Source: Arcobacteraceae bacterium (GTDB lineage: Bacteria > Campylobacterota > Campylobacteria > Campylobacterales > Arcobacteraceae). From it: a DNA stretch of 64,000 nucleotides. The first letter of the stretch is position 1, and each line of letters begins with the position of its first letter. The notes under the pieces are model-generated. The model was not told where the DNA came from. It made no database searches and saw nothing but the letters and a program-made list of their open reading frames with translations. Shown in pieces: positions 53,028-63,370 of the stretch. The DNA lies in assembly GCA_965224485.1 (NCBI GenBank), contig CBDCZH010000013.1, positions 64,001 to 128,000 on the forward strand, given 5' to 3'. Both the position numbers and the translations under genes were made by a program.

Positions 53028-54154
53028 AGAAAATCATTAATATATTTTTTTACAGTTCTTCTATTTAGCTTGGTTATTCTAGAAATGGAGGAAACTGTTA
53101 TTTTTTGATTTAGATTTGTTGAATAATGAATTGATTCTTGTACTATTTTTTTATTGATATCTTTTTGCATATTAATGTAAATATTTTTTGCACTCATTAT
53201 GGACTCTCTTTTATTTTTTTTAATAGAATTTGTTCTGTGTGCTGCTAAACTTTGTCTTCGTTTAGTTTCTTCCATATACTGAAAGTAAGATAGATTTTTC
53301 ATTTTTTTAAAACCCATGATTCCGATATTGAGATTTTCATTGTTTTGAATGCTTCCAAATTTAATGCTATTTCTTCTCCAATATGAATAAGTAGATTTTG
53401 AGATTTGGTGTAATTCAGAATTTTCTAATGAATCTAAAAAATTGCAATTAATATTTGAAATATAATTGCAAATATCATCAATCGTTAAATTATATTTTCC
53501 TTTGGAAAATCTCATTGCAGCTTCAAAAAGCTTTATATTTCGATTACCTTTTTGTATTTCATTATAGTTAATTTTATTATGTGAGAATATACCTTTTTCA
53601 CACTTTTTTTGATTTACTTGAAGTAAGTCTTCAAAATCGCTAAGTTCATAATTAATGCATTCACTGTAATAGTATTTGTGTAAAAATGGATTCCGCCATA
53701 CACCATTGAGACGGTTAGAAGCAATATCATCGCACTTTAAAATTTCACTGATAGTACGTTTTATATCAATTAAATATTTTAAGGATTTTTCTTGAGATGT
53801 ATAGACGTGATTTTTAAGATGATATGCAAAATGAAATCCATTATCTGTCATAAGAATATATGTAGGTTCATATCCAATCCTTGTGCTTAAGTATTCAAAA
53901 AAATTATCTATTGTCTTAAAATAGTCTATTGCAGACTTTTTACCTATCTTATCTATGTCGAATACCATAAAGGAAACTCTTTCCTTTGTATTAAAATTAA
54001 TGAACTTACAGCTTTTTAACGCCTGTATAGTTGGAAATATATTTATATTCGATAAATGTTTTTCATTTCCACCTTTAATTTGTGAAGGCATATTTTTTAT
54101 AAATAGCTCTTTGAACTGCTCCGTGGTTGTTGTATATTTTCTCATTTTTGTCAT
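53024..54154 (-). CDS. Plasmid-type replication initiator (ColE2-like primase/replicase with PriCT and HTH)
   Basis: FMVFDID, EPTY...NGFHFAYHL, WRNPF, GNRNIKLF, C-terminal ISRITKLNRRTVKKY. Confidence 0.75.
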   Translation of the reverse strand: MTKMRKYTTTTEQFKELFIKNMPSQIKGGNEKHLSNINIFPTIQALKSCKFINFNTKERVSFMVFDIDKIGKKSAIDYFKTIDNFFEYLSTRIGYEPTYILMTDNGFHFAYHLKNHVYTSQEKSLKYLIDIKRTISEILKCDDIASNRLNGVWRNPFLHKYYYSECINYELSDFEDLLQVNQKKCEKGIFSHNKINYNEIQKGNRNIKLFEAAMRFSKGKYNLTIDDICNYISNINCNFLDSLENSELHQISKSTYSYWRRNSIKFGSIQNNENLNIGIMGFKKMKNLSYFQYMEETKRRQSLAAHRTNSIKKNKRESIMSAKNIYINMQKDINKKIVQESIHYSTNLNQKITVSSISRITKLNRRTVKKYINDFL

Positions 54155-54446
54155 TTAGGTTATCTCTTTGTCCATAGAAAACCTAAAAGATTTGGACTAC
54201 TCCTGTAATTTATTTTTATTTTCCTTCTTGAAACATATCGTTATATATAGAAAAAAATAAATAAATGATATTTTTAAAAGAATTCTGAAATTTGTGTACT
54301 CTAGACGCTTTTACTGTATTACTTATGCCTATGAGCTAGATAATGATAAAAAGAAAAGAAAGAAAAGAGAAGAATATTACAGTGATAAGATAATTTTCCC
54401 ATTTTAAGAATAACTTGAATCTAATTTAATAATATTAGATATTAGA

Positions 54447-55310
54447 CTAGATAGTTTTTTTAAGATAATAATCTGTGATAGATGAACGTTTATGATTTAA
54501 TTCTCTGCTAATTTTAAATTTTGCTTCTTTTTCGGAAATACCATCTTTTAAAAAATGTTCATATTTATCACGTGCAGCCGTAAAGCGAAAATCATGTGAA
54601 GTAATATTGTATTTTTTTAAATCAAGAAAATAAGTGGATTGGCTAATCAAAGTATTTTTATTATTTAAGATTTTTTTTTCTAATTTAAAGGAAATTTCCT
54701 TTGAATCATAAATATGATTTCCTTTCCCTTTGAGTTTTACTATAAATCCATTGTTTAAATATTTTCTTGGATTCTTTATTAATTCAAAAGCTTCTGATAC
54801 TCTTATTGACAATGAATATTGGCATTCTGCTAAAAGTGCACTAATTTCTCTATCTTCTTGTAGTTGTTTAAGAATAGATATTCTATCTTGGATATATCTA
54901 TTTTTAATTATAGACTTTTTCATATTTTTTAATAAATATACTTTCTCATTAAAAAATTCTTTATTCTCTTCATGGAGTGGAATTTTTATGTTTTTGTCTT
55001 CTAGTCCCATGAGCATAGATGAAAAACCTCTCAAATAATCTTCTTGTGTTTTTTCAGATAAATTGGCAAGCCTGTGATTGAAAAATGCAGTAAGATAATT
55101 TTTGGAAAAAAGAGTATTGAGTTTATTATTTAAGCCTTTAGATTGAAAATATCTACTAACATCTCGAAGATACATTTCTCTTTTTTTTGCTAAGTGATTA
55201 GAGTGAGTTAAATTGTCATGCTTTGAATGGCGTGGTACTGAAAATGCCTCTAATCTGTGAAAAGCATCCTTAGATTGTTTCTTAAAGTTACCACCTCTTA
55301 AATTTGCCAT
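54447..55310 (-). CDS. Second, compact tyrosine recombinase
   Basis: SIRVSEA, KGKGN, SHDFRF, RELNHKR, ITDYYL (R-K-H-R-H-Y set). Confidence 0.8.
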   Translation of the reverse strand: MANLRGGNFKKQSKDAFHRLEAFSVPRHSKHDNLTHSNHLAKKREMYLRDVSRYFQSKGLNNKLNTLFSKNYLTAFFNHRLANLSEKTQEDYLRGFSSMLMGLEDKNIKIPLHEENKEFFNEKVYLLKNMKKSIIKNRYIQDRISILKQLQEDREISALLAECQYSLSIRVSEAFELIKNPRKYLNNGFIVKLKGKGNHIYDSKEISFKLEKKILNNKNTLISQSTYFLDLKKYNITSHDFRFTAARDKYEHFLKDGISEKEAKFKISRELNHKRSSITDYYLKKTI

Positions 55311-55319
55311 TGTTAACCT

Positions 55320-55682
55320 TTATTGAATATTTTGTTTATAAAATTTTTCAAGAGTTCCACGACTTACTGTAATTCGATGATTGACGTACAAATTTTTAGC
55401 TATTGACTGACTTCCCATTCCTTTTTTTCTAAGTTCAAGAATTTCATGTGCATATTTTCTTATATATTGATTTTTTATTCCGTCAAAGTTTATTAATGAT
55501 TTATTTTGGAATGATTCTTTTTGGATTTCGACTAAAATAAAAAAACCACTCATAATCCGATTTTTGGATAATGGAATTTTTTCTAAATAGCATAAATATC
55601 TTTTTGAGAAGTCCTCAAAGTTTTTATAATCTTTGAAACCTAATATTCTTGAATAATATTCTTTCTTTTTTTGTGTAAACAT
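55320..55682 (-). CDS. Hypothetical protein with C-terminal HTH-like segment
   Basis: AAGGAGG RBS before ATG 55682; ILELRKKGMGSQSIAKNL...VSRGTLEKFY. Confidence 0.65.
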   Translation of the reverse strand: MFTQKKKEYYSRILGFKDYKNFEDFSKRYLCYLEKIPLSKNRIMSGFFILVEIQKESFQNKSLINFDGIKNQYIRKYAHEILELRKKGMGSQSIAKNLYVNHRITVSRGTLEKFYKQNIQ

Positions 55683-56485
55683 ATTACTTTCCTCCTTAAA
55701 TTGAATAAGAATCCTAAAAGAAAGATATATTAAATTTGTCATTACTTGACTGTGGTTTAGACCTACGATTTTTTAGATAATATCGAGAAATATCAAATGT
55801 ATTGACGAATGTCAATGGCTGTAAATGTAGTAATAAATCAACTTAAATTAACATAGCAGTATAAATGGCAGTGTGTTAATTAATTAAGTAATTGTCAGTT
55901 TTTTAATTGTCTGTATTCAAATAATTACATGTTTATGTACATGTTTTCATAAAAATGTACATTCAAAAAGTCCCAATTATCCGTATCTTTCGAATTAAAA
56001 CTAATGTTCACGTACTGCTTCCAATCTCTACTCTATAAAATATACAGTAGAGATAGAAGCTCGCTCATTTTATTTTATTAAAAATATAAAAGAAATGCCA
56101 TTTTCTTTTCAAGTCCAAATATTATTGGACTAATATATTTAGAATAAAATTTTAATTCTTTCTTTTTTATCATTCTCTCCTTTTAATCTTCCTTTTGAAA
56201 GACTTAAATAGTAATATATATATAAATTAAAATATATGACATCTTAAGAGAAATTTTAAAATTTACATATTAATAATTTGTTGACATTATTAAGTATATA
56301 TAAAGTATTAGTTTATTATAATGCGGTTAGAAAAACGTTGCACAAGTTGTTGCACATCTCGAAGTAAAGTACCATGTTGTAGGAATACAATTTTCTTTAT
56401 TAGATTGGGACGGTTCCTTTCATCCGCACCATAAAAGCCTTGAATGAAAAGTTTTTATACTTTTGATTCAAGGCTTTTTTTGTTT

Positions 56486-56561
56486 GACCTGTTAGCTCAG
56501 CTGGTAGAGCATCTCCCTTTTAAGGAGGTGGCCGATGGTTCGAATCCATCACGGGTCACCA
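56486..56561 (+). tRNA. tRNA-Lys(TTT)
   Basis: Loop CTTTTAA; CCA end. Confidence 0.97.
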
Positions 56562-56563
56562 TT

Positions 56564-56640
56564 GCTTCCATAGCTCAGCTGGATAGAGCAACGCCCTTCG
56601 AAGGCGTAGGTCGCACGTTCGAATCGTGCTGGGAGTACCA
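56564..56640 (+). tRNA. tRNA-Arg(TCG)
   Basis: Loop CTTCGAA; CCA end. Confidence 0.95.
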
Positions 56641-56651
56641 TTTTATATTGT

Positions 56652-56727
56652 GACCTGTTAGCTCAGCTGGTAGAGCATCTCCCTTTTAAGGAGGTGGCCG
56701 ATGGTTCGAATCCATCACGGGTCACCA
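56652..56727 (+). tRNA. tRNA-Lys(TTT), second identical copy
   Basis: Same sequence as 56486-56561. Confidence 0.97.
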
Positions 56728-56740
56728 AAATTTTATAATT

Positions 56741-56817
56741 CGCGGAATAGAGCAGCACGGTAGCTCGACGGGCTCATAACCCGTAGGTCACAGGTTCAAA
56801 TCCTGTTTCCGCAACCA
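56741..56817 (+). tRNA. Initiator tRNA-fMet(CAT)
   Basis: C1:A72 mismatch, three G-C pairs in anticodon stem, loop CTCATAA. Confidence 0.95.
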
Positions 56818-57002
56818 ATCTTTTAAACTTCATATAATTCTCATATTTTAAAACAAACTAAAATTTTATCTAATAACAAATGTAATTATTAATTATTAAA
56901 ATAGCTATTAATTGGCATTTATAAGCATTATTATTTACTATAAATAGCATATAAGTTGCTTTTGTGTATAATTCTTACTTTAAAATTAAACTTGGAGTAA
57001 TT

Positions 57003-58419
57003 ATGGATACAATAATTAATTTTCTAAACAATATTTTTTGGGGATATATCTTAATTTATGGCTTATTAGCTGTGGGTATATTTTTTACAATTAAATTGAG
57101 ATTTTTACAATTTGTACATTTTTCTGAAATGTTCAAATCTGTTTTTTCAAAAAGTAAATCAGACACTTCTGGAATTTCACCTTTTCAAGCTTTAACAATT
57201 TCTTTAGCTTCACGAGTTGGAACAGGAAATTTAGCTGGTGTTGCTGTTGCTCTTTATTTAGGTGGAGCAGGGGCTATTTTTTGGATGTGGATGGTAGCAT
57301 TAGTTGGAATGGCTACAGCATATGCTGAAAGTACTTTAGCTCAACTTTATAAGATTAAAGATGAAAATGACCAATATAGAGGCGGACCTGCTTTTTATAT
57401 ATCTAAAGGTCTTAATTCACCTGTATTAGCTGTTATCTTTTCTTTATCACTTATTTTAGCATTTGGTTTAGTATTTAATGCAGTTCAAGCAAACTCAATT
57501 TCTGGTGCAGTGTCTGCTGCTTTTAATATTGAAAAAATCATATGTAGCTACTTTTATTGCAGTATTAACTGCTTTAGCTATTTTTGGTGGTATTAAAGGA
57601 ATTGCTAAAGTTGCTCAAATTATAGTTCCTTTTATGGCAATTGTATATTTATTAGTTGCTTTATATGTAATTGTAATTAATGCTTCATTGGTACCAGGAG
57701 TTTTTGCTGATATTTTTAAAAGTGCCTTTGGTTTACAAGAAGCAGTTGGTGGAGTAACTGGTGGTGTAATGGCTGCTATGTTAAATGGAATTAAAAGAGG
57801 TCTATTTTCAAATGAAGCTGGTATGGGTTCTGCTCCAAACATTGCAGCAGTTGCTACTCCAGCTCCTCATCATCCTTCTTCTCAAGGTTTCGTTCAAGCC
57901 TTAGGTGTATTTATTGATACAATTTTAATATGTACAGCAACAGCTATTATGATTTTATTATCAGGAATTATGGAACCAGGTTCTGGGGTTACTGGAATTG
58001 AATTAACACAAGCAGCTTTATCTGTTCATATTGGTGATGCAGGTGTTTATTTTATTGCTATTGCAATTTTATTCTTTGCTTTTACTTCTATTATTGGAAA
58101 CTATACATATGCTGAAAATGCTTTAACATATTTAGGTGTTGGTAATAAAGTAGGTATATTTGTTCTTCGAATTGCTGTTATTCTAATGGTACTATGGGGA
58201 TCATTTGAAAGTGTATCAACAGTATTTAATGCAGCTGATGCTTCAATGGGTTTAATGGCTACTATTAACTTAATAGCAATCATTTTATTATCAGGAACGG
58301 TAATGAAATTAACAAACGATTATCTAGAACAAAGAAAAATTGGAAAAGAGCCAAGATTTGATTCAGAAAAATTTCCTGAACTAAAAGGAAAGATAGACTC
58401 TACTATTTGGACTAAATAG
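57003..58419 (+). pseudogene. Alanine/glycine:cation symporter (AlsT/AgcS), +1 frameshift
   Basis: ASRVGTGN, GAIFWMW, RGGPAFY in first ORF; RGLFSNEAGMGS, FIDTILIC in second; frames join if A6 at 57532-57537 is A5. Confidence 0.85.
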
Positions 58420-58420
58420 T

Positions 58421-58447
58421 AAAAAGACAGAGATTTCTCTGTCTTTT
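58421..58447. terminator. Intrinsic terminator after symporter
   Basis: AAAAGACAGAGA-TT-TCTCTGTCTTTT. Confidence 0.75.
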
Positions 58448-58668
58448 CCTTCCTCGTGTATTTAAAATCCCTATCACGTAAATAAATTACATCTAATATT
58501 TTCAAGTAAATAAGTTATTATAATAAGTTGCATTTTAAAGTCAAAATAAATAATATTGTTAATTTTTATAAAATTATAATATAAAATGGTCAATACTATG
58601 TCATTTTAAGAAATAATTTTTTTTGTCAAGGTTTGATAAAATGTAATATAATAGATATAGGAAAATAA

Positions 58669-59865
58669 ATGAGCACTGGTAATAAGTTTACATCATATTA
58701 TAAATTTATTAAGAATTTAATTGAAAATAAAAATAATATAATAGAAGTAGAATCAATAAATACCTTTAGTATCTTTAAGAAATTTTTTGCTTTTGAACTT
58801 ATATTTCTAATTATGTTTTTTATTTCAAGTAATATTATTTTGCTTAACTATTATACTAATTTTTATGTACATATTCCAATTGAAACTTTTATTTTAATTT
58901 GTTTAGTATTAACAGTTTTTTATATAGTAATTTTAAAAGTAATAAAAAACAAATTTATATTTCTAATTATGTTTTTTATATGGTTTCCAATCTTTTTATT
59001 ATCCTTAGTATTAAATATAAATTATCATTATATTTTCTTTGAAACAAAGTTTTTATTTTATATACTAAAAGCTCTATTAAGTAGTGAAACAATCCTAATA
59101 TCTGTTTTGATATTTCTTGAAATTAGAATATTGCAAAAAGAAAAAGAGAAATTATTAGAATTTAAAAAAAATAAAATATCTTTAAAAGAAAGAGAAAAAA
59201 AACTTATTATTTCAGGTGAAATGTTAAATAATATTGTCCATCAATGGAAACAACCCTTATCAAGAATAAATGCAATTTTATTTAATATAAATACTTCTTT
59301 TGTTTCAAAAGAACTTAATACTAAAGATTTAGAAAATAAAATTCAATTAGTTGAAAATGAGACTAAAGATATGTCTGAAATTATTAACAGCTTTATTAGT
59401 TATTTAGATCCTAATACAGAAGAAAGTAGTTTTAATTTATATGATTTAGTAGAAGAATTAATTAATAATATTAATAAAACTATTCAAAAACAAATTAAAG
59501 TAAGTCTAATTTGTTCTAATAAAAATTTATTTATAAGTGGATATAAAAAATATTATGAGCAAGTTCTTTATGAAATATTAGATAATGCTATATTTGAAGT
59601 TAAAGATAATTTAATTAAAAATCCAGAAATAATTTTTAATATTGATATGTATGATAATAAAGTTAGATTAAGAATTATAAACAATGGAAGTAATCTTCCT
59701 GAAGAAGAATTAAAAAAAATATTCCAGCCTTATTACAGTACAAAAAATGCAAAAGGTAGAGGAATTGGTTTGCATATGTCAAAAATGTTAATTGAAAATA
59801 GTATGAAGAAAGAGTTATTAGTTGAAAATACAAAAATTGGTGTTACTTTTACAATAATAGGATAA
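58669..59865 (+). CDS. Membrane sensor histidine kinase
   Basis: TM N-terminus; IVHQWKQPL H-box; ILDNA, NNG, FQPYYSTK, GRGIGL. Confidence 0.9.
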   Translation: MSTGNKFTSYYKFIKNLIENKNNIIEVESINTFSIFKKFFAFELIFLIMFFISSNIILLNYYTNFYVHIPIETFILICLVLTVFYIVILKVIKNKFIFLIMFFIWFPIFLLSLVLNINYHYIFFETKFLFYILKALLSSETILISVLIFLEIRILQKEKEKLLEFKKNKISLKEREKKLIISGEMLNNIVHQWKQPLSRINAILFNINTSFVSKELNTKDLENKIQLVENETKDMSEIINSFISYLDPNTEESSFNLYDLVEELINNINKTIQKQIKVSLICSNKNLFISGYKKYYEQVLYEILDNAIFEVKDNLIKNPEIIFNIDMYDNKVRLRIINNGSNLPEEELKKIFQPYYSTKNAKGRGIGLHMSKMLIENSMKKELLVENTKIGVTFTIIG

Positions 59866-59867
59866 GA

Positions 59868-60530
59868 ATGAATTTACTTTTTTTAGATGATGATAATACA
59901 ATTAGAGATAGTTATAGGAATTTTTTAAAAATATACTTTTCTAATATATATGAGGCGTCAAACGCTTTATTAGCCTTAGAACTTTTTAAAAACAATACGA
60001 TTGATATTATATTAGTTGATATTGGAATGGAAGGTATGAATGGAATATCTTTTGTAAAAAAAATTAGAGAAGAAAATTCTAATGTACTTATTATTATGAT
60101 TACAGCTCATGATGACAAAAAATACTTATTAGATGCAATAAAGTTGAATTTATTTGATTATTTAGTAAAACCAGTAGATAGACTTCAATTTTCGGTGAGT
60201 ATTAAAAATGCTGTAAACTCCTTAAAAGAAAATGAAAAATTCAATGATTATGTAGAGTTAATAAATGATTATTCTTGGAACTATAAATCAAGAAAGTTGT
60301 ATAAAAACACTAAAATTATGAATATTACAAAAAAAGAAAGAATAATTTTTAGTCTTTTTTGTTCAAAAGAAAATATTATATTTTCAAATGAAGAGATATT
60401 TAGCATTTTATATGAAGATGAAGAATATAATGAAAATAAAGTAAGAATGGTTCTCAAAAGACTAAAAACAAAATTTAATCTTATAAAAAATCACTATGGT
60501 TTAGGAAATAGTTTTATACTAAAATATTAG
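59868..60530 (+). CDS. OmpR-type response regulator
   Basis: LFLDDD, LVDIGM, ITAH, YLVKP; winged helix ending YGLG. Confidence 0.9.
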   Translation: MNLLFLDDDNTIRDSYRNFLKIYFSNIYEASNALLALELFKNNTIDIILVDIGMEGMNGISFVKKIREENSNVLIIMITAHDDKKYLLDAIKLNLFDYLVKPVDRLQFSVSIKNAVNSLKENEKFNDYVELINDYSWNYKSRKLYKNTKIMNITKKERIIFSLFCSKENIIFSNEEIFSILYEDEEYNENKVRMVLKRLKTKFNLIKNHYGLGNSFILKY

Positions 60531-60609
60531 TGACCAAAAGATGACTTATAGTAAATGTATAATTTTTATATAGAAATAATATTTTTATAATAAAATTAAA
60601 AGTTTTGAT

Positions 60610-61407
60610 ATGAAAAGAAAAAATAATATAATTACTAATAAGATATTGAAATACAATACTCTTATAAATAAAGAACTAGAAGTTAGTGATTCTGAATTAA
60701 TATATTTTATTATTAATAATAAGAATATAATTACATATACTAATGATAATCTTTTAGATCTATGTTCTTATAAAGCATATGAATTAGAATTTAAATCATT
60801 TGATAAACTAGATTGTGAAGATTTATATATTCCTTCTTTAAAAGATATTATAAAGCGTGTTAAGAAAGATAAATCTCCTTATTTTGGTAGATTAAATATT
60901 GAAAATAAAAGCTTTGATAAAATTTGCCTCAAAAGTATTTTTATACCAATTTATAATGCTAAAGAAGAATTATATGAGTATATATGTTTTGCAAAAAAAT
61001 ATACAGATGAAAAAAAACTAAGTTTAAAAGAGAATAAAAAATCTTCTTTATTTGATATTAATAAATATCTAAATGATAATATTAATATGATAGTTCGTAT
61101 TGATTTAAATAAAAATATTACATATGCAAATAAATTATTTTATGAAAGAAACTCTTATAAAAAAGAGGATTTAGAGAATAAACCTTATTTTAATATTTTA
61201 GAAAATATTAATGAAAAAAATGAAATAAAAAATTTCTTTAATAGAGCAAGTGATTCAAGTGTATATAAAACAATAATAAAAAAAAATTACAACAATGAAA
61301 TAAAACAGTATTCTGCACTATTTTTTTCTATTTTAGATAATAGTGGAAAAATTACTGAGTACGTTAATATAATGTATGATCTTAAAAGATCCAATAGTGA
61401 AGATTAA
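60610..61407 (+). CDS. Tandem PAS-domain protein
   Basis: Two repeats ITYTN...SY...EL and ITYAN...SY...DL; no output domain. Confidence 0.75.
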   Translation: MKRKNNIITNKILKYNTLINKELEVSDSELIYFIINNKNIITYTNDNLLDLCSYKAYELEFKSFDKLDCEDLYIPSLKDIIKRVKKDKSPYFGRLNIENKSFDKICLKSIFIPIYNAKEELYEYICFAKKYTDEKKLSLKENKKSSLFDINKYLNDNINMIVRIDLNKNITYANKLFYERNSYKKEDLENKPYFNILENINEKNEIKNFFNRASDSSVYKTIIKKNYNNEIKQYSALFFSILDNSGKITEYVNIMYDLKRSNSED

Positions 61408-61490
61408 TTTTAAAAAATAAATATTTTATAAGACCAGAATATAAATGTATATGTAAAAGTTTTAACTTATTTTTAAAAGAAAGGTTTTAA

Positions 61491-63370
61491 ATGTTTTCTT
61501 CTTTATTTAAAAGTTATACAAGTGATGATTTGTCAATGACTCTTTGCAATAATACTTTTTATAAAAATAAAGCAGAAAAAATATTTCAAGAAGTATCTTT
61601 TAAAGAAAAAGAGTTAGGATCTTTTTTACATCTTTGTGTAGAAAAAAACTTTATAGAATCAGTTAAGTGGTTAATAATTAAAAAAGTTGATATAAATTTT
61701 TGTAATGATGAAGGTGATAGTGCAATAATTTTAGCTTCAAGACTTGGTCATTTTGAACTCGTAAAATTTCTACTACATAATACCTGTGATTTAGAAGTAA
61801 GAAATAAAAATGGAAGAATTGCAATTCAAGAAGCAGTTAAAAATGCTAAAAATAATGTTTATCATTTACTAAAAAGTAAGTGTTTAAATATAAACCATAG
61901 TGATTTAAAAAATCACTGTTTAGTATTTGATGCTGTTGATTCAAATAGTCTTGAATTAACAAATACTATAGTAAATAATGTTAATATAAAAATTCCTAAA
62001 GAAATTATATCTTATGCTAATCTATATCAAAACTTTGAAATTTTTAAATTAATTTTTTCAAAGTTAGATTCAAAAACTATGCATTATGATAAAATAAAAA
62101 AACACCTTTTTTCTACCTTCTTAATAAAGGTATATCTTCAAAGAGGTATTTTAATTATCTTATATCTTTAAATTATGACCTTACTTCAATTGATAATTTT
62201 GGTAATAATATCTTATTTGAATTAATTATTTTTATAAATTCTACTTATTTTAATATTAATGATTCTAATAAGCTTTTATTTAATGACTCACTAAAAATGT
62301 TGTCTTTTTTGCTTGAATTAGGACTTGATTATAAAATAGTAAATAATGATGGGCATAACATACTAACTTACCTTTCCATTAATAATAATATCGTTTTATT
62401 AGAATACTTATTAGAACATGAGCTTAATGTAAACATCCTAAATGCTAGTAAGGAAACTGCCCTGTCTCTTTTGGCTATTAAAGGAATAAAGTCTTTAGAT
62501 ATTGTTTCTTTACTGTTAAAATACAAGGCATCTTCTAGTCTGAGAGATCTTAATAATCAAACTATAATTGAGAAACTAATAAAACTTGAATTAGAAATAA
62601 GAAATAACAAAGTGCTTACTTATCATCAAGATTATTTACTTATGTTAAAAGAGATACTTTTAAACGGTAATAATAACTTAGGTTCTTTAACCTCAAAAGG
62701 TGAACCTTATTTTTTTGATGCTGTTATCCATAATAATATTGAATTAGTGAAACTACTTATTTCTCATGGATGTGATATTGATCAAAAAGATGTAAATGAA
62801 TGTAATATAATTTTTAAATATATTTCCTTAAATAGCTCAATTACAGAAGTAAAAGAACAAAAGAATTATCACCTGATGCTAAGAAAAATTATAGCCCTAG
62901 GAGCAAATCCAAACTGTAGAGATACTTATGGAGGAACAACCTTACATAAGGCTATTTTATTCAATGATTTACAAACATGTAAAATTCTAATTAATGATGG
63001 AGCAAATATAGATTTAGTTGATTACAGAGGAAGAAATATGATTCATAATATTATCTGGAAAAAGAAAATAGATATATTAAAGGTAATACATTTATTAAAT
63101 AAAAAACTTATAAATAAAGCAGATAAGTATGGTGTTCTACCAATAAATTATGCTGTGTTTCTAGGTCATCATAAATTAGTTCTTGAATTAATTGCAAAAG
63201 GTGCTTATATAAACAATCCTTATAAAAAATCAAAATCAATTCAAGATTTTTTAAATAAACTGCATAAAAATATTAAACCCTTACTTGCTAGTATAACAAA
63301 TAAAAATGATAAGAATAAAGTAGAAGCTTTAGTTAATAATATGAAAGCAGAGTTTAATATAAACGTTTAA
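61491..63370 (+). pseudogene. Ankyrin-repeat protein split by -1 frameshift
   Basis: Ankyrin motifs (GDSAIILASRLGH, GGTTLHKA, GVLPINYA); frame of 62297 ORF is open back to 62102 (TPFFYLL); adding one A in the A-runs at 62091-62102 gives 626 aa. Confidence 0.78.

Larger units (their letters stand above)
47303..56432. mobile_element. Integrative plasmid-like island (about 9.1 kb) inserted at the tRNA-Leu 3' end
   Basis: 18-bp direct repeat TCCTTTCATCCGCACCAT at 47303-47320 and 56415-56432; integrase at left end; Rep, R-M and second recombinase inside. Confidence 0.92.

Noticed and set aside
56281..56322. TTGACA/TATAAT as one canonical promoter
   Set aside because: Hexamers are 30 bp apart, not about 17
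47303..56432. Prophage or ICE
   Set aside because: No structural, packaging, lysis, relaxase or T4SS genes recognisable
56444..56653. 69-aa ORF
   Set aside because: Overlaps tRNA-Lys and tRNA-Arg genes
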